A DNA stretch of 60,794 nucleotides, counting the filler, from Platydemus manokwari (taxonomy: Eukaryota), in assembly GCA_037951405.1 (NCBI GenBank). It is 5 parts of 5 records of this genome, joined end to end, with 100 filler letters (N's around TTAATTAATTAA, not from the genome) between each part and the next. Parts side by side here need not be neighbours in the genome. Positions count along the whole stretch, not along the records: positions 14,060 to 23,976 come from JBBMOY011189656.1; positions 24,077 to 34,295 come from JBBMOY011157105.1; 3 more parts are not named here. One strand, given 5' to 3'. Below the pieces are notes generated by a model. That model ran no database searches. It saw nothing but the letters and a program-made list of their open reading frames with translations, and was not told where the DNA came from. A program made the position numbers and the translations under genes. Every line of letters starts with the position of its first letter. The stretch's first letter is position 1. Shown here one piece after another: positions 14,346 through 28,583 of the stretch.

Positions 14346-15779
14346 TGTTTGTATTCTGTTCTATTTTTATCAAACGTGCTAATTGATGAAGATTATTTCT
14401 TTATCAAAGTAAAATTATTCTTCTATTTATTAATCTCCAAATTTATTAACAATAAAACAACTTTAATAAAACATTTATTACTTGAACACAAATACACCGA
14501 ATTATTAAAATTACAAAGGTTAAATAAAATTCTATAGTATACAGTAAAACGCCGGTATACTTTGTTCAGCTATACACTTTATAAACCCCTGCCCTGAGTA
14601 AAATTAATTACCACCGCTTGGTTAGTCTGGAGAATATACGACTATTAAAACTATAATATTATATGATTTTATAAATACAATATCTTAATTTTAGACCTTT
14701 CTGTACAATACTGGGTATATATGGAATTCTATACTCTGACAGAAAATGATCTTCCTTAATAGCAAGTCGCGTACGGATTTTGTATGTAACAACTGTGCAT
14801 GCATCTACGGTGACTTCTCCCTAATATAGACATTGATGAGTTTAAACATCGAGATATTTTAAATATTCTCGGAAATTAAATTTATTATATCGGATAATAT
14901 TCTCTGTGATTAAGTTAATTCTGTGCGACTATTTTATCGGCAGTTAGAATTTATTAACATGATAATTAGTAATTAAACTGACAAATTATTAGAATATTGA
15001 TTTAATGGATATTTTATTATATGATAAACTTTACGGATTTTTTTAATATGATTATAAATACAGGATTTTATCAATAATGTGGGTTATTACATTTGATTTA
15101 ATTTTTGTAATATTTCATTTCTGCTAACTGCAAATCTTCAAATTATTTACATAAAATTATTCAATATTATTTTTCATGCAAAAGTATATAAATCTAATCG
15201 TGTACAAATTAGCACATAATTATTGTCAAATTATTGTATCTCAAGTTGCTAATAGCGACAAACCCCAATATAATTTTCTACAAATATTTTAAAAAGTTAT
15301 TATTTTAGAGAAAGGAAAACCATTGTGGAGCCGAGAATAACGATCTTGTTTAGAAATCGGCTCCCTGTCCCTAGGACTTTTGATTTCCTAAATATCCTCA
15401 CTTTTTAAGATCGTTTAAAGCAGAACCTCAAATATAAAATGGTATAAGAAGGATAATGATGCCAAAATATCAAATATTTTGAAATTTACAATACTCTCAA
15501 TAGAAATTCCATTTTAAAATCAAATAATTACTCATTGTATTGACTAAATTTTACTTGACAAGTTTCTCTTTCTATCGCTAATTTGATTTTCTATTGATTG
15601 TCCAAATTTCAAATGGTCCTTTTCTTCTATTTTCAAGAGACAAAAAACCATAAATTTGTCTGTTTGTTAATTTTGAAACGGGAATGGAAGGAAGGTCTAG
15701 CTATGAAGCCCAAATTTTAAATTTCAGATTGTTCTATAATCAATTATCGACTGGGAATTTTTTCGATAACTGTCACATC

Positions 15780-16330
15780 TGTAAGGGAGATTAGTAAATG
15801 AAAACGTGAATGTGATATGTATGATGTGTGTATGTTTGCTTGATTGCATGTTGATTACTGATTGCGTAATTGTCAGTTGCTAACATCCAATTAACCTATC
15901 AAGATGTTATTGAACCATTAGAAATGAGATTATGTATATAACATCGTAATTGTTTTAAATAAGTCATTCCGTATTAAAAGTCTCATTTCCAACATGCAAC
16001 GAACGTCCAGAGTCTTATCAAACCTTCAGAACAATTAAAGTTAAAAGATGAAACGAAGAGATTCGTTGAATTTACTGAACAACCAAGAGAATTTGGAAAA
16101 ACACCGTTAATGGCTTTTCAAGCGATAGAATTTCTTACAATATATGAGGCCACTGAAAAAATTGGTTTTGATGAGAGGCTTAAAAAATCGTTCGAACCTA
16201 AAATGAACCTTGCTGAGGATCTTGATGCAGCATTAAGTTATCGGAAAGGAAAGGAAGAAAACTGAGATCAATTCCTCGAAAGAATAGAGAAGTTAACAGG
16301 CAATATTTTACGGCATAAATTAACCAATAA
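15780..16330 (+). mobile_element. Degenerate Ty3/Gypsy LTR retrotransposon 5' end (LTR + gag fragment)
   Basis: TGTAAGGGAG...CCAACA (15780-15994) runs straight into a disabled frame TNVQSLIKPSEQLKLKDETKRFVEF...FDERLKKSFEPKMNLAEDLDAALSYRKGKEEN*DQFLERIEKLT, which resembles a retrotransposon gag (L...F...; E...F..R+..L). Confidence 0.55.
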
Positions 16331-17869
16331 CAACCTCAATTCTAATGTAATACAATAATTTTGCAATACCTTTATCAAATCTTTGACATTAATTCTTACT
16401 GAATAATTTGAAACAACCAATTTACTGATTCATCACATAAAATTTGATTTTTCAATGAATTTAGATTTCATTTTTGATTTTCCATTTTTTTAATTTAAAA
16501 TCGAGATTCATATCAAATTATATTTATTTTTATTCATTATCATTATTTGCTATATAATTTCTATAGTTATTTGCTCTAATATACTAGAATTGTATTATAT
16601 ATTATTCATATTATTAAACAACCTAATTTATTGAACACACCAATTTATTATCTTTATTTATCCTAATTCTCCCAGTTTTCATTAATTATAATAATTGTAA
16701 TACAAGTTATTGCTCTACTAAAATATTAATTATACCTCATCGTGCAATAATATACACCATTATATATTATCATATTTACGATTATCATTTAGCATTATCA
16801 GTCATNNNNNNNNNNATCTTAATTTCCTTGATCTGATACATCTTATTACAATTACTATAAAATACATGCACACATTGAAAGATGCAGAATACACAAAATA
16901 GCAAGTGTATTGAAAAAATCAAGGATATCAAAGAATCATTATAAAATTATGTTCATTATGGTCTCGTGGGCATTGCTTGATTCATTTATATTAATTGTTT
17001 ATCGTGGCGTGGTCATCATCGTGCGAATTCATGAGTTTGATATTTCATGAAATTCAAATTGAAAATATAAATGCAGATAAAATTACAAAAAAAGAACTTA
17101 ATTATTTTTAAAAATCAATGCTTCGACTAAAATTATTCAACATATCTCTTTTCCAAATTCTATCGAAGGAATTAAGACCCCTTTTTTCTAAAAAATAAGA
17201 CTGTACTTCGACTTCTTTGTCGAATTTAATAATTTTAAATATTTTCTTTCTTTAATTTTTATTATTATTTTTAGTTTTAATTTTATTCATAATTTATTCA
17301 TTTTATTATTTTAGTATGATCAATTATTTTTTATTTAATTTAATTTTATGTATTTATTGTGACAAATGTGCTTTTCTATTATTCATTTATTAAATTATTT
17401 TGTTATCATTTCTATTGACTTTTTCAAATTCCAAATAAAACAAATTTTCATTTTTTCAATGTAAAAAATTGCAGTGACTTTTAAAATGTTTTTCATCATT
17501 AGTTTACAGCTAGACATTATATTCCAAACATACATTAACTCATATTGAAGTTTTTATTTTTGGCTTACTGGTATAGATTCAATGAAAGAACTTAACCAAA
17601 AATGAAAATAATAAAACGATTTAATGGAAAATAAGAAAAATTATGATATTTTTAATTTCAGAATTACTTTAGTTTCTGCTTAAAATAATATAGAGTCAAT
17701 AGATGCTCAAATATTAAAACAATTAATGATATTTATCGCTTTCTAATGATGGTTATGTGAAAAACTGCAATAATTATGAGCTTTTTTATTTTTTATGATT
17801 CTTTATACCTTTTATTAAAATACTCAAATTATTATCAAATCGATTATTGTCACTGACTCTATTTAGTCT

Positions 17870-20130
17870 CCCATGGCTTCCTGCACTTGGAATATGTTGT
17901 GAGTTATATTTCAAAGTATTTACTTTTACCATTGTGTTTTAATGGTTCTGTCAAAACAATGCTATATATATATTCGTAAAATCAAAAACTACAATGACAA
18001 GATGACAAAGAAAACTCTAAATTAAACTTTTATTTAATTAAGAAAAATTGTAATTACCAGAAGTAGATTTCTTCACATAATTATGTGAGCATAAGCAAAT
18101 ATTTTTTGAGAAATTTAAGAAGTTTTATTGAACGAGTTTCGATAAGAATTAATTGAAATTAATATGTTATTTACACAGTGATTGATGATAATTGGCTGAC
18201 TTGTAAGGAATTTTATCATTTTCATGATTTCTAGTTTGACTTCATGTATACCTGGTCAGTATTGCATTATATTGGTCAGACTGCAAAGCAACGGAATTAA
18301 TATTTATTGAAAAATGCTAATGGAATTACACATAGAGAAAAATCCATCCATTGATTCCAGAGAACAATTAATATACATAACCATTACAACAGTGGATGGA
18401 GTCATGGTAACATTAAAAATCAATATTAATGGACATATAAGTTGCCATGATAATAAGTTGAAAATTTACGACAAATCAAAAATGACAAGCGTTGAAAAAC
18501 CTAACTATGAAAACAATGCATTTTTAGTAATGAATATCAAAAAAAATATGTAACAAACTTGTGCATCTGGAAATTATTAAGAAACTGGAAACAATTAAGC
18601 TTAATCCATAAAATTATCTAATATTTCATATTATAATCTAAATTTTCTATTTAAAGTAAATTTTATTATAATTTTTATATGGTTTTTGAAATTATCTCTA
18701 AAGGAACCATTAACTGAGCCTAAACTTTGGGGAAATTGGACGAAATCAGAATCTATTAACCAATCATTTTGAATAAAATAAGTTGGTAACTAGTTTTCGT
18801 TGTTGGCATTGTTTATAATTATTTCTTTATTGCATAGCATCTTATCCTTCATTAAAATCAACAATATACAATTACCAATAGATTTTTATTCCAGTGGAAT
18901 TTATATTTTTAAGCTTTCTTCTCTCAAAGAACTCAGATAATGGTGTTATCTCACTACTTATCTGCTAAGTAGGTCATAAAATCAGACAAAATGTCCACAG
19001 GAACCAGGGAAATAACTCTTGAAGGGTTGACATACAGAGATCCAACAGCCTATCAGATTCCTTTTAATATTGATCCATATATATATGGTAGTAATTTTCC
19101 TTACATCTCTTGTGCCATTGCAGATATATATATACGAACGAATTCAACAAATGAACAACGAGGTTCCTGGGTATCAAACGGACACACAAAATAGGCCTAT
19201 AAAAGAGGCTGGATTTCATAACTAAGTGCCAGTCTTGTTTGGTCGGTAATTTATATTCTTTTATATTCTTTTATATTTTTAAAGCTATTTTCAACAGCCA
19301 GTCTTTTTGTCTGATTTTTATTCGTTGTTTGACTCTCAGGTGCTGATTCCATCTTGTGTGATTATATGTTATTGAATTGTGACACTATTTTAACTATATC
19401 TGCTCATAAGTCGACATTGTGATATTGTGGTTTAAATTATAATTTTCAAGTCTCATTGTTAATTTTTACCCAACAAATCTTATTTCAGGTTAGACTCTGA
19501 AATATCTATCTTGTATTTAAGATTTATTTATTGACTAATAATATACAACAAATGGTTTGCAAATTAACATAAAGGGGCAATTCACAAATATGAATTAAGA
19601 TAGAAAATCACTTGATTATAAAACAAATTTGCAGCTATCTACTAGAATTTCCTCATAGTAGTACAGCTGCTATGGTGATAGAAACTAAATTGGGTGGTTT
19701 ACTCCTGCTCAAATCAAGGATTTATTACCGATTATTCAAGTGCTTTTCTATTGAAAATAGTTAGGAATAAACAATCGATGTTTCTACCAAAGATCTGACA
19801 ACTAATAGTTAATTTGGTCGATCGATAATGAACAACGCTAAACAATTCAATACAATTCACAAATGTTTAATGCTAATAATTTAAAAGCGAAAGATGATGT
19901 GCCTCGAAGATAATTGAAAAATCGATGGAACGAACTAGTAGGCACTCTATTTCGATATGAAAGCAATGGAAGTGTTGAGTTTAAGCTGCGACAAATTTTG
20001 CTAGACTTTGTAGAGCACAGTTTTAGTAAATAAAAAAAATATAATTGAAATGATGAAATGCATAAGAAAATTGACAAAGACTAAAATTTTGAATCCGAAT
20101 AAAAACAAAATTTTGTTGAATCAATGCGAT
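17870..20130 (+). pseudogene. Possible decayed TSP1/TM/death-domain (UNC-5-like) receptor gene interrupted by the solo LTR
   Basis: Broken, ordered fragments: TVDG/GWSH...QC...C (about 18390-18570), EPKLWGNWTKSES (about 18705-18760), hydrophobic IFIPVEFIFLSFLL (about 18880-18925), IETKLGGLLLLKS (about 19680), LKNRWNELVGTL...EFKLRQILLDF (about 19915-20010). Many stops and frameshifts. Confidence 0.2.
18944..19550 (+). mobile_element. Solo LTR (607 bp) with 5-bp target-site duplication
   Basis: Begins TGTT and ends AACA; flanked by AATGG on both sides (18939-18943, 19551-19555); internal TATAAAA at 19198-19204. Confidence 0.8.
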
Positions 20131-23100
20131 GATACATAGTTGTCAAATCATGTCAGAAATTATTGTGCTTCTTTTTTGTCCCATAAACTATTACATTTTG
20201 CGTCATCTGCTTACATAGCTGTTTGTCTCTTTATAAGCGTTGGCCTTCTATATTTGTTTTATGAGTTTCGTTTATTATTGCTGCGGGCTTTGAAGAGCAA
20301 GACCTTGTACCATGTTTTATTTGTGAATTTTGTCAGTAGAATCCTTAGACCTTCATTTAAGCAAAGCTCTTTGTTATCATTCCTTTAACTTGATCATTGA
20401 TATATATATGTGTGTGTGTGTGTATTTGTGTTTTATTTAAATTTTATGTTTATAATTTATATGTTTAAGCCCTTCTGGCTTGTATATCTAACAATGCTAT
20501 TAACATGCATTACATCCAGATACCTCTATAACTCTAACCTTTATGGTACTTTTGTGACTTTATCTGCAGTGATACTACGCACTGTTCATTTATTATATAA
20601 CCTTTCATTATACAGACTCGGTTACTTTATCTTGTTCAGTTTTGGAAAGGATAAAGACTACTACTTTGCTATAGAATATTTTATAGTAATTTTCGGTACT
20701 GTGTGTTTTGTACTCAAATAATAATAATAATAATAATTCATATATAAAAAACAACAGCAAAAATCACTTGGAACATTAATTTACCTAAAAGTAGAATCAT
20801 AATAAAACAGAAACTAAAAATAGAAAATAATAAATACATAAATAGAAAAAGTATGAATTATTATCTAATAATAGTAACAATAGGGATGACGAGGGAAAAA
20901 TAGTAGAAATAACATCTATAAAAATAATGAATAAATGTCAAAAAAATAACGAATATAGTAAGATAAAACAGTCATTTATGCCGCCAGAGAAAAATAATAT
21001 TCAAAAGTTGACTCTAAAGTGACACTAATAACATAAACATTAAATTTAATTACTCAACTTGGAATTAACTGAAAATAAATATTCAGCTCGGAGTTAAATT
21101 AATCTAATTACTCGAGGTGGAATTAATTATCTCAAAATTTGATAAACAAGTGAAATTCAAATCAGACTAAAACAACAACAAAACTAATATTCATACCGTA
21201 AATTGTAAAAGAAGAAAAGAAGCAAAATCTACGATCTGTTAAAGTATTTACCAAATTCGAATTTGTGCTTAGCTGCGGAACTTTAAAAATTGTACCACAT
21301 GTAATCTTTAATCATAGACCTGAAACTTTTCAATCAACCAGTAAGTTGTATTATATTCTTTCTAAGCAATTTTTAAAACGAATGTTATCATAATTGTATA
21401 CCTTTCAATTGACATAATCTAATATATTGAATTATTCTTTTCACTATTCAGTCTAGAATTTAAAATAAAAAATAAATATCTAAAATCCCAACAAATCTAT
21501 TACAGTATTTACGGTGTCAATAGACCTAACCATCGCTAAAAATCAATTGAGGGCTCAAACGGGCACTACTATAAGAGGTCAACAAGATTCATCAGTTCAA
21601 TCACAATAGAACCATTATATTAGCGAAATAATTGAAAATTTAAGAGTACTTCACACCCCGTTATTTGATCAAACTCTGGTCTATTTTATTGTAATAATAA
21701 TATTATTTTATGGTACGATTTTATTGTATTATATTTCAACAATATTAACCTGTATTTATCGTCATTTTAATTATAATCAATCTAGATCAAGTTATTTATT
21801 CTATTGTTATTTTATAATCTAATTATATATATTTCATAATTACATACACTTTTTGGAATCAGTTGTACAAACTAAATTCTTTTAATTCAAATAAATAGAT
21901 CTCAAATACTTCATACGGTTTTAATAATCAATAAATAATTCCTTTAATCTAAAGTTGCATCATAAACCTTACAAAACCCAACAGTACTTTCGATTTTGTG
22001 CCAAACATAAATCTTTCAGAGAGATCCTTTGAATTTAAACTTCCATTGTTAAGTTTTCTGCGAAAATTCCATTCATTCTCGCCCATATATATATATTTGC
22101 TGCTATACACTTTTCCAACGAAATATATTGTATTATGATATATAAAATTCACTTCATAACTAACTTTCGTTATAAGGGAAAACTTGTGATATCATAACTA
22201 ATTTTACAGAATTCTCAGACTAAAAGCAGATGCAGTTGAATCTCAAGAAATCTAAGTACAAATAATTCATTAAATAACGTTTGGTGTGAGTAAATGTACT
22301 ATACCGGGGCAGTCACATGAAAAACCTTGCAGCGTATTTTAGACTATTCCATGTTTTAATTTATTATTCCAGTGACTTCTTAAGATAATATAGTATAAAT
22401 TTTCTTTCGCTTCTGTTCCATGCACTTTATCTTTCGTTTTTTGTATTTGTTGGGGTTTGAGGACAATTTAATCTTAAAAAATTATAAAAGACAATAACCA
22501 GATAATGATCCAACAAATATTGTGTTTAAAAATACATAGTATAGTAAATTATCGAATATTTTGCTGCAACAATTTAGCCATAAATTCTTATTATCATTAT
22601 CATCATTATTATTATATTTGTGTTATTATTTTTTTATTTTAATGTTTACAAAATAGTTTTTCTTAATTCCAGAAAGAAAATTATACTCACTCATTAAAAC
22701 AGGTTCCAAGATTTAAATTTTCTACAATATACATTAAACAAAATACAAAAACAAACACTAATAAATCGCTAGTTACCTACTACTGCATTCAATAAATAAC
22801 ATTAGAATAAAATAATCTTGTGGAATAAATTTAATCGCAGAGAATGTTTCTCTACCTTCATAAATTCATGGAAAGAAAACATAAATGTTAAATAAGTATA
22901 TATATTAAATAAGTATTGGTTGAGAATATTTACGAGTTACTCACCGATACTTACATAAGGTGGTAGACAGGTTGCACATTACGTTTATTCGACTATTCTA
23001 AGCCAAGATAATTATTAATCAACGATTCCAGAAGATTTCGTGCCGGTAATCAAGAATCTGTTTATATCCAATTTTCATAAATGGATGACAGAGTCTCGTA

Positions 23101-25370
23101 AACGTTTATTGCTATTTAAAATCATATTCTAAAACCTATCAAATTCCTTTTTATCGAACAGTTTATCAATTTTGAAATGGCCTTGCTCCAAAATTACGAA
23201 GGTCTCATACAAATCATAATCTTCTCTAGAATTGATAAAGTTAAAGTCAATCGTACCCTAAATTGTAAATTTGTATAAAACGTTGGTTGGTATATCAATG
23301 TCTAATTTCATAATTTGCCGTTTAATAATATATTTTGATGTCCAAATTCTATTTATGATTTTATTTGATTCGCATAGTAGTTATTACAGTAAATAGCTGT
23401 ATTTTGTAAAAAATCAATTTAACTTTCAACAAAGTTTATAGTCAATAACTGTGGTGTCGAATATAAATAGTAAGGATGATATGGATACATGTGCATTAAT
23501 TAAGACTAATTTAAAATCAAATTATCACTGTTGCCACACCCATTGTCTCCACACAATAAGAATAAACATAAAAGAATAAACAAAATAAGGTAGATTACAC
23601 ATATGACTTTAATAAGAACTATGGTTTAGTCGGCAGTGATAATCAATATAAAAATCAGCATTGATAATAAAGCATTTAAGGCTTGAATGTAAAGTATTTA
23701 TTGTTTTAAGTAAATATTAAATTATCAATTGCATTTTCTAAATTTTAAGAAAATTAAATTCTTTAATTAAGTTTTAAATAAATAAAAACGGAATCAAAAG
23801 TTCACTAAGTTATAAGAAAACAGTTGAAGTTCAAGAAAAAATCTTGCTAGATTTCAGAACACACTATCAAGTTTGTAAAATAATGGTTATTCGTAATATT
23901 AATTTAATAGTATTTATAAGTACCGATATTTCAATTCAAAGAAAGATTTTAAAAAATTTTATTTTAAAAACGAAAANNNNNNNNNNNNNNNNNNNNNNNN
24001 NNNNNNNNNNNNNNNNNNNNTTAATTAATTAANNNNNNNNNNNNNNNNNNNNNNNNNNNNNNNNNNNNNNNNNNNNATAAGATTTATATTATTAACATAG
24101 GATTTTTAATTGCTATCCGATGATTTGACTAAGCTACATTTTTAACATTCCAATGAATTATAAGTGAATATTATTAATAAAATTAAAATTAAACATAACA
24201 TAGGCATCAAAATTAAAAACATAATAACTCTCAAATATATGGTTTTCTTTAAATAAATTTAAAATTAATAAATTAATAAATAAAAGATTTTAATCAAATT
24301 CATTTCCCGTTGTCGTTTAATTATTTGTATCGATTCTCTACAAAGTTATACAAAACGTTATATAACAACGTAAATTCAATTTTGTCAAAAGGGATTAAAT
24401 TAGGAAAGGGGTCCTATAATAAAATTTTAAATTTGTTCATTGTATTGGAAAAATCTATAAAGCTTATTTAATTATATTCTGAAAAACATTCTGAATTTTT
24501 TATTTAAGTACTTAGGAAGAATTTTAGTTGTTTAAAATAAAATATTAAATACACGGGAGCTTCAAAATATCCTCAAAATCTGATCAAAGTATATTGAATG
24601 GCAATTTATTGAAAATTAGCGAGGACCCCATTTTTTAAAATTAGTAGAAAATGTTTACAATAATTTTATAAAAATAAGCAATGATATTATTAAACATGTC
24701 TGTAGCTAACTCGATTTATAATTAAATATAATCGTATAGAATTGTTATGCTTAAAATAAGAACTAGATTATAAAACTATGTTTTGTCCTTGTAAGACATC
24801 TTACAATGTGAGATATTATCTGAATTATACGAATAAATCAAACATTACTATCATAAATAAAATTAAGTTATGAAATTGTCTCATACGCGAAAATTCATAA
24901 TTACGAAAGAAAATTTAAAACCACGCGATATAATATTTTCAATTTATACTTAAAATGAACAAAATTCGTAAGTGTAAAATCTTTATTGAAGACTAAAATA
25001 TCTAACTAGTTGTCAATAAATATCATTAACTATCTACAAATAAGAAAAGCATATATCAATCTTTTAAAAACCATAACACTCAATATAAACAGATAAAAAT
25101 TAATTTCTTTCCATTTTCGACGAAAACAACATTAATAGTAATTATAAATGCACCCGCCCATTGCAAGCACCGATAAATAATTTATTTACAATTAATTGAA
25201 AAAAGACACTCACACAAAACGTCCATATGTATGGAATATAACAATTCTATTTCAAATCTATCTATAAATATGTCTACTCATATATCAGTCTATTTCAAGC
25301 ATGTTGTCCAATAATTCATATTTTACATAAATCAGATGATAAATTTTAAATTTGAAAAAAAATAATTTCC

Positions 25371-26707
25371 TCATTTATTTTGTTCTTCTTGAAGTTTTTG
25401 ACGAGTCGATGCCTAAAATAAAAAAAATAATGATAGTATGCTATATGAGAAGTCAAAACTCTGAAAACTCACCAATTGCTTCAATTGAGACTGGAGTTGT
25501 GATTTTTCATTCATTAATTTTTGCATTGCTTGTTGTGCATGAGTGTTGTTGGCACCGGACATTTGCAACAATGCTATATTTGCATCCTTTTCGCAAATTG
25601 AGGCTGTGAGTGCTTCTTGTCTGAAGAGAAAATTTTAATTCAAATTGACCAATTATTTTTAATAGCAGGTTATGAATGAAAACATCATAAACGCAGAGAT
25701 AACGATTTGATTAAATATGGAATAACAAGTAGATTGAGTAAGAAATTTAATGTTATTAATAATTATATTAATTAATGATACTGATGTTTGGGACATGGTA
25801 ACCGCAAATAAAGTGAATAGATAAGTGCGTACGAATTTTATGGAGAACATTATATTTTTTAAATGTATTACGGCTTGAAGACCTTTGGTCAAGAAAATTC
25901 GTTTAGAATTAATCTTATTTAGGTTGATTGATTTCGAAAAATTGCATTTTTGAGATTTAATTTATTCTGTAATTAAATAACATTTAATGCTTATAAAAAT
26001 AAATGATTTGATCTTAAATATATCTGACTACTTTGAATTATTAAATTTAAGTTCGTTGAAGGTATTTTATCAATATAAAATAAATACCTTCAATATGACC
26101 AATCAAAATCAATTTAATTTAGCATTTAGAAACGCAAGGGGCTATCACATTTACCACTTCACACTGATCATTTCTCATTTTTACTTGGACTTTAATCGGT
26201 GAGCCTCGAACTCAGTGTTCTCCATTAAATTCTTCCTGCACTACTACTTAAAACATTTAATTCCATGACATTTCATATTTGTACTTGATTTATCTTGTAC
26301 CAGTTCGATTAAATAATAAAATCGAATTCTATTTATTATATCATTATTTACAACACTGGGTTTAATAAAATCAAATCTATAATTTGATCAAAATCAGTTT
26401 ATAGGTGGTAATATTCACATTTCGATTTATAGGCAACACATCAATCGCAAACTAAACCACATAATAAATACAATTTTTTTAATGGAATTACATATTATAT
26501 ATAAACCTTTTAAGTATAATTTTTAAATTGAAGAACAAAAATGGTTATAAATAAATATTAATAATACTTTATTTCTAATATTTCCTTTATCTGAGAATTT
26601 ATTTGCCTTTCGAGTGTTTTGATTTGTTGGTTTTTCATATTTACTTCGTCTTGAAATCGAGAGTACTCTTCTCTCAGTCTTTCCAATTCAACACTTGTTG
26701 CTTGATG
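25371..26707 (-). CDS. ERC: ELKS/CAST/ERC (Bruchpilot-related) presynaptic active-zone coiled-coil protein, 3' end only (last three coding exons, 109 aa)
   Basis: Exons 26707-26568, 25620-25473, 25412-25371 have GT-AG sites and matching phases. Translation: HQATSVELERLREEYSRFQDEVNMKNQQIKTLERQINSQIKEILEIK-QEALTASICEKDANIALLQMSGANNTHAQQAMQKLMNEKSQLQSQLKQL-ASTRQKLQEEQNK*. This matches the ERC1/2 C-terminal signature EEVLEMKQEALLAAISEKDANIALLELS...LKQQTQNRMKL. Not represented in the ORF track. Confidence 0.88.
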
Positions 26708-28583
26708 CTAGAATGGATTCAAAATAAGTACATTATAATGGCCATTATTATTGTTTAAATGATTATTAATCATTATAATTGATCAATATAATTTTATAAT
26801 CCTTGTCATTAATTATGTTAGCAAATATTTATTTGATACAATCTTTAAACTTTATATAGTTATTTATTTCAAATTATATTTTGTTAGAAAATTGTTATAT
26901 TTGGAAAATAAAAACTATAAATGATGTTTGCTTTACTAATAATTAATGATTATCATTATCATANNNNNNNNNNNNNNNNNNNNNNNNNNNNNNNNNNNNN
27001 NNNNNNNNNNNNNNNNNNNNNNNNNNNNNNNNNNNNNNNNNNNNNNNNNNNNNNNNNNNNNNNNNNNNNNNNNNNNNNNNNNNNNNNNNNNNATGTTATT
27101 ATGTATAATTAAATATTTATTTTTACACGTTCATTTTATTATAATAGAGTTTAGACTCAAATTCGGTATCTTAATTAAATTAAAAGTTCCTTTTCTCTAC
27201 TTGAACAATATCAGCCCAATTTATTCCAATTTCAAAAAAAATAGAATCTGTATTTTAATCCAACTTATATATTTACAATCGATTTATTTTTTCTGAACAT
27301 TGATTTTGAGATAATATGTGCATTGTGACTCGGAGCTTATAAAATAAAGCTTATTGGAAATTATTTGCCGGTACTATAAAGAACCTTGAATTTAATGATA
27401 ATAAGCAAGATTGTTTTATTTCGTATCAGATTAATTATGCTATATTTTAGATATTTTTCTATTTGAAACAATCACTAAGGAATATGACAATGTGCGGATC
27501 TTTAGTTTCATGACCTTATATTAAATTTGACAGAAATTTCTTAATATTTTTTATTGAGAACATTTCAATTTAGTTTTCACAAACATTAAGTTTTGATACA
27601 AAATACATTATTTATAAAAGCCAAATAATATTTTCCTTCTGTCGAATGCATCGTGTTATTGAAGTGAATGAAATTGTTTTCATTTCAGACAATTTCAATC
27701 CGTTTCGGTTCTTATGTTGTTTTAACAATTGCTTAACTTTATTATCATCAAATTCAAAGTCAACCATTATATACATGTTTGGTTGAAGATTTTCACTAAT
27801 TTAGTGGTCACGCATGGCTAGAATTGTCGTATGTTTATTTATGTTTAGGCATATAATATTCGAGAAAACAGATGAACACAAGAAGAATTGATTTGTTGAA
27901 AAATAACACAAAATACCAATTTTAATTGTGATTTTAATCGATGGATTATTAAAAATAATTTTAAATTCAAGATAATTTATTCTCTAAGATACATTGAAAA
28001 TTTTGAAGATACAAAACACAAAAACTAATATTTAGAAAATCAATGAAGTTGTAAACAGTGGGATATGTTCAATTCGATCATTTCAATTATAATAAAGAAA
28101 AAAATTATATTTGTAAATCTTAATAACATAAACAAGAAATATAACCAGTTCATCGTTCCTATTTTGTACCTATTTTCCACTGGGAATATATTTGGTATAG
28201 AACTAAAATAATTGGTTATAGGCGGGGCTACATTTCTTCCAATCTGTCATTTAAATTAATAAATTGTATTTCAAAATTAGTTTAACTATCTTCAAAAGAT
28301 GTAAGACTTGTAAACTTCAATTTTCGTTGATAATTTAAATCTTTATAATTTAAATTATATATATTAGTGTGAAACTAAAATAACCGAATATTTCACGTCT
28401 TAAAATTTACTGCAATTACAAACTCCATTCATATAAAAATTTAACCTGTAATTTTTAAATCTTACACACTAAAAATATTTTATTACATATTTGATATAAA
28501 AATTGCACTGATTTGAGATACAAATTCAAAGCCTAAATTTTATTGAATAAATAACAAAATTCGATAACCAATTGAAAAATCAT

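Noticed and set aside
18991-19194. 67-aa ATG ORF with ordinary composition
   Set aside because: Lies wholly inside the solo LTR upstream of its TATA box.
20140-20721. Hydrophobic ORFs 20140-20388 and 20410-20721, and similar ORF-track entries rich in F/I/L/Y/N
   Set aside because: Non-ATG starts or composition explained by AT bias and repeats; no motifs, paralogs or splice structure.
21272-21610. Two phase-compatible plus-strand exon-like segments (CGTLKIVPHV... / IFTVSIDL...)
   Set aside because: No start codon or recognisable homology.
22955-23257. Minus-strand exon-like segment with ILEQGHF (kinase Gly-loop-like)
   Set aside because: Several in-frame stops and no other kinase motifs; cannot be supported without a search.
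25352-25609. Plus-strand ORFs overlapping real exons (25352-25609, 29677-29871, 29901-30248, 31634-31825, 42302-42565)
   Set aside because: Antisense shadows of ELKS, ALDH and DCX-EMAP exons.
26170-26235. FNGEH*VRGSPIKVQV filamin-like motif / possible extra exon in the ELKS intron
   Set aside because: Contains a stop, and the flanking ELKS exons already join colinearly with the family alignment.
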